This document shows, in pieces, positions 8,424 through 16,244 of a stretch of 64,000 bases of DNA. Both the position numbers and the translations under genes were made by a program. The notes beneath the pieces were generated by a model. That model was given only the letters and a program-made list of their open reading frames with translations. It was not told the origin of the DNA and did no database searches. Source of the DNA: a virus (taxonomy: Duplodnaviria; Caudoviricetes); IMG/VR virus record IMGVR_UViG_3300010163_000009, positions 1 to 64,000 of that record; one strand, given 5' to 3'. The stretch's first letter is position 1. The number at the start of each line of letters is the position of its first letter.

Positions 8424-9658
8424 CTATCATAAATTTTTTCCCAATTCTCCAATAGCCCAATTCTATGTCCATAAGCATTAAAACATTGTTCCACTGTTGC
8501 TTTAGGTGGAAGATAACGTCCATCACTCAGCATAATATAACCTTCGTTGATTTGCTGCTGAAGCAAGTCCATATCTACCGGCATAATTTCATCAGGGAAT
8601 AAAACAACATCACCTTTGCTTGTTTGGTATTTTACTCGTGGTAATTCGTAATGTCCTGCCTGCCCAGTCAATAATGAACAAATGCCTATCTCTCCTGTGA
8701 TAAGGTGTACTTCTGTATTGGGGGCATTTACAACCATAAAATACGCATTATCGTCATTTTGGAAGTGATTAACCATTCTACCAACTCTTTCCGTATCGCA
8801 CCTTCTCATTCTTTCGTCGAAATGATAGCCGGTCTCATCGTGAAACTGGATGTACTCCCCTACTTTTTTCCACGTTCTGACAGAAAGGAATTTAGGAACA
8901 GGCAAATTCAAAGTTTTTTCGGTCCCGTCATCGTATTTAAGTTCGTGCTGAACATAATGTCTACGAGCTTGCATAAGGCACATATCAACAATATCAAAAC
9001 TCTCGTCGTAACCGTTGGTCGTGGAATATTCTTCAAGAACAACGCTTTCACTTGATATAATCTCATCTACAATTTTTCGGAACTCCGCTTTGGCATCGGA
9101 TAGCAAGTTCCCAGTGTTCATTCTGTCCTGCATGGGTATTTGTGCCACAAGTTTTATCGGATATTCTCTTTTATCCGTATCATAGCACATATTTTCCACG
9201 ATACCACACTTTACTTTGCCACACCTCTCGTGAAAGAAATTCATTGTACGAAGAACATCCTGACTACTTAATTTTGTTGGTTGAGTGACGAATAACACAT
9301 AGCTTACTTTTACTCGGTTAAGCAGTTCTATATGCACATTGGTAACGCTTGGGGGTGTGTCTATAAGTACAAAATCCGGGTTTATCTGTGGTAATTTCTT
9401 CTTTGCCAATTCAAGGTACTGCCTAACCATTGATTTCTCCAAGTAGATAAACTTATCAAACATATTACCAGACGAATGAATCCAAATATTTTCTTCCGGA
9501 TGATCTCCTTCAAACTCCGTATTCATTGACGGAGTATTGATGTCGGCGTCTATGATAAAAACTTTGTTCCCTTGTTTGGCAAGAAGTCGTGCGATATTGG
9601 CTGTCGTTGTGGTTTTACCAACACCACCTTTACCAGAATATACGATTATTGCTTTCAT
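8411..9658 (-). CDS. Mrp/NBP35/MinD-type P-loop ATPase fused to an unknown C-terminal domain
   Basis: YSGKGGVGKTT, DADINTPS, IDTPP, GIVENM in the first ~200 aa. Confidence 0.8.
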   Translation of the reverse strand: MKAIIVYSGKGGVGKTTTTANIARLLAKQGNKVFIIDADINTPSMNTEFEGDHPEENIWIHSSGNMFDKFIYLEKSMVRQYLELAKKKLPQINPDFVLIDTPPSVTNVHIELLNRVKVSYVLFVTQPTKLSSQDVLRTMNFFHERCGKVKCGIVENMCYDTDKREYPIKLVAQIPMQDRMNTGNLLSDAKAEFRKIVDEIISSESVVLEEYSTTNGYDESFDIVDMCLMQARRHYVQHELKYDDGTEKTLNLPVPKFLSVRTWKKVGEYIQFHDETGYHFDERMRRCDTERVGRMVNHFQNDDNAYFMVVNAPNTEVHLITGEIGICSLLTGQAGHYELPRVKYQTSKGDVVLFPDEIMPVDMDLLQQQINEGYIMLSDGRYLPPKATVEQCFNAYGHRIGLLENWEKIYDSWMK

Positions 9659-9659
9659 A

Positions 9660-9905
9660 TCAAAAAGTATGTTTATATCGTCTTATTATAGTTTGCCAGA
9701 TATTATTATCCTTATAAGCATACCCTCCCCAATGGTTTTCACAATCACTTTTGGAACTATGAAATTCTCTCCAAAGATTTTTGGCAGGCTTTAAATTCCA
9801 AATAAAGCAGAGAATCCAAATGAGAAAAATAATGCAACTTTCAAAAAGAGTAAAAGCTACTACGATTATAAACCATAATAGCTTGTGAATCCCTAAATAC
9901 TTCAT
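9660..9905 (-). CDS. Small membrane protein
   Basis: Hydrophobic N-terminal half. Confidence 0.55.
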   Translation of the reverse strand: MKYLGIHKLLWFIIVVAFTLFESCIIFLIWILCFIWNLKPAKNLWREFHSSKSDCENHWGGYAYKDNNIWQTIIRRYKHTF

Positions 9906-9929
9906 ACGTTACGTGGTAATTTTAATATA

Positions 9930-11138
9930 TTACTCCTTTGCTTTGAAATTATAAATCGGACGAATAATTTTCTTGATTTCCACCGTGTCTTTGATTGCGT
10001 CTATAATAGACTGCATAGGCTTGTAAGCCATCGGTGCTTCATCCAAAGTCGCCTCACAGACAGAGGAAGAATATACGTTATTCATCTCTTCTGCAAACTG
10101 TTTTACGGACAGCGATTCTTTTGCCTTTTTACGTGACATCAAACGTCCGGCACAATGAGGGGCAGAGAAATTCCAGTCCGGATTACCCTTACCCACACAA
10201 ATTAAAGAGCCGTCTCGCATATTCATTGGTATAATGAGCATTTCGTCCTGATTTGCCCGGACTGCTCCTTTACGGAGTATAACTCCATGTGAAGAGAAAT
10301 CGATGTAATTATGAATAGTATGAAAAGCATAAATAGGAACCCTCGTTTGTAATCCAAGTTCTGAAAGTATCAGATGTGCTATGGTTTCACGATTTAATCT
10401 GGCATACATTTGAGTGATTTGCATATCGTGTAGGTAGTTATCCTTCACCTCTCCGGTAATATACGCTAACCCATCAGGTACAGGTTTTGGCTTTATCTTT
10501 TTCAGCTCGGTTTGAATATCCTTTGTGCGTCCTTCACTTTTTAAACGCTGAATAATTTCATTATTATCAGCAAATCCTTGACGACACAATGATTCTGCAA
10601 TCTTTTGGTAATACTGGCAAATACGGACACCAAGATTACGACTCCCAGAATGAATGACAAGATACTTACAGCCATTTTCATCCTCATTGAGTTCTATAAA
10701 ATGATTACCACCACCGAGAGATCCCAATGCGTTATTTGCCTTATGTATGTCTATTGCTTGGAAACATTTCAACGCTCTTAAACTGCCAAATTCAAAAACA
10801 GGAGAATTGTGAATATTGTGCCCTGAAGGTACTTTTCTATTCACTATATTGTCGAACTGTTCAAGGTTTATATTAACATTGCCCAATATTACTACGAACA
10901 TACCACATCCGATGTCAACGCCAACGAGATTAGGAGTAACCGCCTCGTCTATGTACATCGTTGTACCGATTGTACAACCCTTACCGGCATGAACATCCGG
11001 CATCACACGAATATGAGAGTTCTGATACGGTTTAAAATCAGCCAAACGTTGTATTTGTGTCAGCGCTTCATCTTCCAGAATATCTCCGAAGATTTTAATA
11101 TCTTTTCCTATTGCGTTTTGGAATATTTTCATAATCAA
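9930..11138 (-). CDS. rtcB: RtcB family RNA ligase (copy 2; HGAGR motif reads HCAGR)
   Basis: Same motifs and length as copy 1, except SAPHCAGR. Confidence 0.93.
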   Translation of the reverse strand: MIMKIFQNAIGKDIKIFGDILEDEALTQIQRLADFKPYQNSHIRVMPDVHAGKGCTIGTTMYIDEAVTPNLVGVDIGCGMFVVILGNVNINLEQFDNIVNRKVPSGHNIHNSPVFEFGSLRALKCFQAIDIHKANNALGSLGGGNHFIELNEDENGCKYLVIHSGSRNLGVRICQYYQKIAESLCRQGFADNNEIIQRLKSEGRTKDIQTELKKIKPKPVPDGLAYITGEVKDNYLHDMQITQMYARLNRETIAHLILSELGLQTRVPIYAFHTIHNYIDFSSHGVILRKGAVRANQDEMLIIPMNMRDGSLICVGKGNPDWNFSAPHCAGRLMSRKKAKESLSVKQFAEEMNNVYSSSVCEATLDEAPMAYKPMQSIIDAIKDTVEIKKIIRPIYNFKAKE

Positions 11139-11311
11139 TATAAATCTTCTGAATGAAGTGATTTGTAATGGTCCAAGTTTGGTGCAATAACAGCAGCGTA
11201 ATTGTTAGCCATTACTTTTTCTAAATTGTATTTTTGAAATTTTACCCTGTCATCGTTGTATGGATAAACACCAGGATAAAGTTATCCAGCTTCAAATGCT
11301 ATTTTCATGGC

Positions 11312-12028
11312 TTAATCTATTACAATTTCCCAATCTTCTGCAAACACATCACTAATGGATGGAACCCATGAATCAGCACGACCAGTGTTCTCATTATAGA
11401 TAAGACACTGGGAGGAATAATCAATGAATCCCTTTCCTTTCAAAACAAGGTCTTTCGCTGATTGTGGAAGTGATTGCATCTTCGGGATGATTTCTTCGGT
11501 AATATGAGCTGGGACTTGCTTGATTACCCACAACCCCTTGCCATTCCACCCCTCACGTCTTACAGCCAGTCCTGCCTTTAGATACTCAATCGCTTGACCA
11601 AAATTAAGGCTACAGCTTCCTCCTAAACCAGTTTCCATCTTCGTTGCTCTATGGTTAAGAATCTGCCAATAATTGTACATCATTCTACGTTGAACTTTGA
11701 GCATACCTTGTGTAATATTATCAAGCTCATTAAATTTCTCACTCTCAATGAATATGGAAAGCTTACAAGACTTATCTTTTAGTTCTCTTGATTCAATGTT
11801 CATTCTATCCAAAGGCGTATCAGCTACATTGTATGCCTTTTCAAATACATCTTTAGGACTCCAGCTTTCATATCCGTCTTCATAACGGACATGATAACCT
11901 TGCTCTGTTTCTTCATGGTTTTCAATATCCTTACCATAGGGGTTTCTACCAGTTTTTTGAACGAAGTCGCCCAATGTCATAGGCTCGGCTTCAATCTGTT
12001 TTGTTCCAATGTACTTCTTCATAATCAT
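11312..12028 (-). CDS. Multi-domain protein with C-terminal DUF2829/Tad2-like domain
   Basis: NFGQAIEYLKAGLAVRREGWNGKGLWV...WVPSISDVFAEDWEIV is the DUF2829 signature. Confidence 0.8.
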   Translation of the reverse strand: MIMKKYIGTKQIEAEPMTLGDFVQKTGRNPYGKDIENHEETEQGYHVRYEDGYESWSPKDVFEKAYNVADTPLDRMNIESRELKDKSCKLSIFIESEKFNELDNITQGMLKVQRRMMYNYWQILNHRATKMETGLGGSCSLNFGQAIEYLKAGLAVRREGWNGKGLWVIKQVPAHITEEIIPKMQSLPQSAKDLVLKGKGFIDYSSQCLIYNENTGRADSWVPSISDVFAEDWEIVID

Positions 12029-12246
12029 ATCTCTGTTAATGTTGAAAAATCTTCTAACTCCTCTTTCCCCAATGCTTTGATGAGTTGAATGTCATCGTCA
12101 TCAAATTCAAATACCGGCATATAATGGAATATCGGATGATGCAAAATGCCACAATCTGTATTATATGTTTCTGTATCAATTGTAGCGTCCGCTAATGTTC
12201 TAAGTATAGAAACCAGTAATGATTTAATTTTTTTCTCTTTCCTCAT
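12025..12246 (-). CDS. Hypothetical protein
   Basis: 73-aa ORF coupled to its neighbours. Confidence 0.6.
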   Translation of the reverse strand: MRKEKKIKSLLVSILRTLADATIDTETYNTDCGILHHPIFHYMPVFEFDDDDIQLIKALGKEELEDFSTLTEI

Positions 12247-12478
12247 TGACTAATCTCATTTTCAATTCTACTTTCTGAGGGCCATTCTCCCAAGTTACAC
12301 CCGGGAAATCTTCGGGGTTAAGACAAACAAGACATTGGCTCCACTCTCCAAACCACTTGAATTTCACAGGTTTTTTATCAAATAGTCTGAGCGTTCCTCG
12401 TTTGTCTCTGGCAACCCAAGCGAAATAAGTTCTACTTGTCTCGTTCATGTTCCAATAATGTTTTCTGTCTATCAACAA
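12224..12478 (-). CDS. Hypothetical phage protein
   Basis: AWVARDKRGTL.LF..KP...FPGVTWENGPQKVEL resembles small Bacteroidetes phage proteins. Confidence 0.6.
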   Translation of the reverse strand: MLIDRKHYWNMNETSRTYFAWVARDKRGTLRLFDKKPVKFKWFGEWSQCLVCLNPEDFPGVTWENGPQKVELKMRLVNEEREKN

Positions 12479-12596
12479 TGAGTTGCTTCAACTCTGTCAG
12501 CAAATCAAATTCATCAGCTACAGGAGCATATTCTATCTTGCGGATTTGCTCCTTTACACTTTTCAAGAAATCAGTATAATCCATCTTCTTTTATTC

Positions 12597-13310
12597 TTAT
12601 AGTTTGATTAAGCCTGTATAAACAGGAGTGAGTTCATTGACATGTGCTTCTGCTTCACCTAAAGGAGAAACAAGACGCACAATTGCGTCAATGAAAAACT
12701 CATTTTGGCCTCTTGTCAACTCTCCATGTTCATCAAAACTAAATGGGGTATGACAAACTTCATATTCGCCTGATGCCTTTCCAGATGGGTCGTACCACCA
12801 GACCTTTGCGCCCGGTTTGATAAAGCGGTAATAATATGCCGTATCTTCATCATCCATTTCTTCAATTTTGGTCTCAGGATAGCACCAATCAAGTAGGCTG
12901 AAAAGTGCATCGCACCATTCCCGATTGCCACAACAGAGTTTGAGAAGGTCATTGTGAGTATAAAAACCGCAATCTTCACCACCACATTCGTATTCAATGC
13001 CATTGATTGTTACTGCGGCATCCTCTCCAGCATATTCCGGAACATAGCAAGGCGCATCCCAATCATCTTTGTAAGCCTCACAATCTTTGAAGATAAAGCC
13101 ATTGTCACTGTGACCAAATAAAAAGTATGGCTGGTGATTATGCCAATGGACTTCTCCTATATCTGCTATCCTTTTAACTTCCATTATAGTTTTATCAATT
13201 GGGCTTATGGACAATTCAATGCGTTGATCGGGTTCATGGAAAATTGGAGGCTTACTTCCCCAATGCTCCATGAATACCTTATCAAACGGTTTGGCTACTT
13301 TGTTCTCCAT
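12597..13310 (-). CDS. Hypothetical protein
   Basis: 237-aa acidic ORF. Confidence 0.7.
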   Translation of the reverse strand: MENKVAKPFDKVFMEHWGSKPPIFHEPDQRIELSISPIDKTIMEVKRIADIGEVHWHNHQPYFLFGHSDNGFIFKDCEAYKDDWDAPCYVPEYAGEDAAVTINGIEYECGGEDCGFYTHNDLLKLCCGNREWCDALFSLLDWCYPETKIEEMDDEDTAYYYRFIKPGAKVWWYDPSGKASGEYEVCHTPFSFDEHGELTRGQNEFFIDAIVRLVSPLGEAEAHVNELTPVYTGLIKL

Positions 13311-14392
13311 TCTGCCATTTTAGCTTCGATGTCTATGCCATTTTTGGCAATCAGTTCCTTCATTGCGCCAAACATACGCCATCCTTCACCATTTTTATAA
13401 GCTTCCGCAAGTTTATCAAGCTCACGGAGAGAGGACGACTCTACCAAACGGTTTCCCTTTGATGAGAACATTGCACAACCGTGGAACATTATCAGATTGC
13501 GCATAGTGAAGTAACCACCGGCACCCTTGTACGCATCCTTGAACGCCGCACTCATCGTCAACTCGTAAGGGGAATAAAACTCTTTCACACCACGGTAGAA
13601 ATCTACAACTGCCTGGTAGAGATCAATCATGTTGGCTGCACTTTTAATCATTTGTTCGTACTTTTCCAGCGGGTTGAATACTTTCTTACGCAAGTCAGAA
13701 ACGAAGATATTGGTACCATACAGTGTAATGTATGGATTACCCTTGCAATGTCTGCATTTTTTCTTCTTCTGCTCAACATGTTCATGGAGCTGTTTGAGAT
13801 AATCAGCAGCCATGTTGCTGGCAACCTGTTTGTTGAACCAACGATTGCGCTGGATGAAATTCTCTTGATCAAGCATTTCCAGTTTTGCTTGTACACGAAC
13901 TTCTTCGATGAGCATTTCCCAACTGTAACGATAGCCTTTGTTCTGAAGAGCGGTCAGGAATCCAACAGGCTTGTTGGTTCCCCACTTTTTCTGGGTGAGC
14001 ATGTGGAATACTTGTGCCATCACCCAACGACGAAACAAACGTCGATTAGGTACTGTACCACCCCTGATAATGGTGATAATGATAGGGTCATCGTCTGCCA
14101 GGAACGTCATATTGCCGTTCTCGATACGAGCAATAGATTCGACACCTTCGGCGTTAGTAACTGCAAAGAAGTTAGTCACGTCGATACCAGCGGCTTTCAT
14201 AGCCTGAATTTTCTTTGATGCTTTCATTGCTGTTTTGTTTTTAAGATTTGAGTCATTTTCTGATGCCAGAGGGAGCGCAACCGTACCAAGCCCACTATCT
14301 TTGCCAATAGCGATTCCGGCAACAAACGATTCATGTTCTGGGATTGTGATTTCAGAGCCACACTTAGGGCATACAACTTTTGTTTCTTTCAT
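13295..14392 (-). CDS. Hypothetical protein with N-terminal Zn ribbon; candidate RT-system accessory
   Basis: 365 aa; CPKCG and CRHC; second gene downstream of the RT-linked array. Confidence 0.75.
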   Translation of the reverse strand: MKETKVVCPKCGSEITIPEHESFVAGIAIGKDSGLGTVALPLASENDSNLKNKTAMKASKKIQAMKAAGIDVTNFFAVTNAEGVESIARIENGNMTFLADDDPIIITIIRGGTVPNRRLFRRWVMAQVFHMLTQKKWGTNKPVGFLTALQNKGYRYSWEMLIEEVRVQAKLEMLDQENFIQRNRWFNKQVASNMAADYLKQLHEHVEQKKKKCRHCKGNPYITLYGTNIFVSDLRKKVFNPLEKYEQMIKSAANMIDLYQAVVDFYRGVKEFYSPYELTMSAAFKDAYKGAGGYFTMRNLIMFHGCAMFSSKGNRLVESSSLRELDKLAEAYKNGEGWRMFGAMKELIAKNGIDIEAKMAEWRTK

Positions 14393-14406
14393 TGTGATAT
14401 ATTTTA

Positions 14407-14871
14407 TTATTTGTTATTGATTTCTATCCATTGTTTGAGAATGATAAGGGATGGGCACTTCTGAGATTGCCAGAACCATTTACCTTTAGCAAAATCATCC
14501 CAATTCAAATTTTTATTCAGTATTGCGATAAGGAGATATAACTCCAAACGCAACTGAGAAAGTTCTCGGCTTTCGCCATAGAGCATATCATTTTCAGAAA
14601 GTTCATGCTCAGGTAATGCACGAAAGTAGCGTCTGCGTTTAGCTTCGCTACGTGCAGATGGGACACTGTGGAGATACTGCCAGTAATACCCTTCAATTGT
14701 TATTAGAATGTTGTTTACTGGAATGTTTGTATCTTGTCCAAGATTGCCTTCATATTCGCCTTCCTTGATGATGTATTTCCCATCAATTAAGAGATTTCGC
14801 TTTTCCAAATTGATTCTGAAGGTGGAACCATTGTGGACTTTTTCTTGCGCTTCGTTCCAAATATTTTCCAT
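14407..14871 (-). CDS. Hypothetical protein; candidate RT-system accessory
   Basis: 154 aa; starts immediately after the last array unit. Confidence 0.75.
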   Translation of the reverse strand: MENIWNEAQEKVHNGSTFRINLEKRNLLIDGKYIIKEGEYEGNLGQDTNIPVNNILITIEGYYWQYLHSVPSARSEAKRRRYFRALPEHELSENDMLYGESRELSQLRLELYLLIAILNKNLNWDDFAKGKWFWQSQKCPSLIILKQWIEINNK

Positions 14872-14889
14872 TGAGACTTGATTAAAAAG

Positions 14890-16220
14890 ATGTATTCAAA
14901 ATTTGCGACGTAGTTCTTTAATTGAATTGATATATAACCGGATTAAATCTGGGTGAGGTCAGGATATATAATCCTGAAAGAACCCAGATGATTACAGCCG
15001 GTTAAATTAAAAGCCAAATTTCTTATACATCAGATGTTACGTTACATTTTTATTACGCTCAGACCTTTGACACATAACTATACCGCTTTGATGTGGTGAG
15101 CAGGTCGGCACGCGTTCTGGAAGGCATCAGCAGATGCTTAAACGCGTGCTTACACCCGCAACACTGAATAATAGTCACTTGCGTAATTGATACTGTGTTG
15201 TATTTGTTGTCAGTCTCATCAGCTTGGCACATTTCTTTATTTCTTTCGATTTGAGAACTGGTGCCGAAGGCGAGTAAATCCAGGTTGCGAACCTGGATTG
15301 GATGGCCTTCGTTTGAACCAGCTCTTATAAAGATGCTGCCTTGACTAACAAAGTTGTGCTTGAATATTATGATTCTCAAAACTGTGATGATTCACTTTAT
15401 TGGTTACGATGTGTGCGGCATGACAAGCGGTGAAGCGCCGGCGCAACACAGTTGATAAACTGTTGCGCCGGCTCGAACGGCGGGTTCAGGCCGCAAAGCT
15501 AAACGATAGTTCCTTGAATCTGGCCAGCTTCATTACTGAGATTTCTAAGATATGAAGTTGCACATAACTATACTAAAGTCGATATAAAGAAGGATCGCCA
15601 GATCCGACGGGAACGGAGAAGAGTCATCATTCTTCGTATCTCCCGTCGGATCTGGTTTGAGTCTTCCGCATTAAATTTTCATATCTTATAACCTATCCTG
15701 TACGGATGCCCAAATATTTTGTGATTGTCAAACGTTTTGTATGGTTCTGTAATAGTTTCGATGAATGTGATCTGCTTCATCGATAAACGGTCCAGTAGGA
15801 CAACCTACTCGGACCTTATCGTGTAAAGGAGATCATAGCTGAAATAGCCACCATTCAACCACGTTCTGCATACTCAGATTAAGAAGTCAAACTTTCTTGT
15901 GTATATCTTCAAAAGTGTCGATATTTGAAGTGCGTGCCTTGACTTCAGATGCTCTTGGGGGGCACATAGTGACTCTCAAGACAAATCAGAGTCGAGGGTT
16001 TAGCACTTCGATATTAAACTGAAAGGTATTCTTCCTATGCCATACACTTAGCGGTTTGCAGAAAGTTAATACTACGTGCATTTCTATAATTGATTCAATA
16101 TTGATACGTGTTTGTGTGTCCGTGAAGGTCATCTCGGTGCAGGCTTCTGAAGTCATTCAGAAGACAAAGCTGAGATGAGCGAAACTGGACAACATTGAAA
16201 CGTCGAGACTGAATTAAGCA
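14890..16220. ncRNA. Array of eight structured non-coding units linked to the reverse transcriptase
   Basis: Hairpin apices at about 14968, 15130, 15288, 15455, 15626, 15801, 15967 and 16153. Each hairpin is preceded on + by a CTNTA-N5/6-TYGAT-type motif and followed by T(A/G)AA. Confidence 0.8.
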
Positions 16221-16244
16221 TTTTCCTTCCAGCATATTGCACTA

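Noticed and set aside
13481-14218. Long antisense ORFs (this one and others opposite the ligase, tape measure and capsid genes)
   Set aside because: Shadow frames of real genes on the other strand, with no motifs.
15059-15379. 106-aa ORF inside the array
   Set aside because: No ATG start, non-protein-like composition, and it crosses structured units; likely spurious.
14935-16194. Hairpins as simple terminators, REP elements or tRNAs
   Set aside because: Stems are long and interrupted, lack U-tracts and differ in sequence; no cloverleaf or T-loop consensus.
14890-16220. CRISPR array
   Set aside because: No identical direct repeats, the period is far too long, the variable parts are self-complementary, and there are no cas genes.
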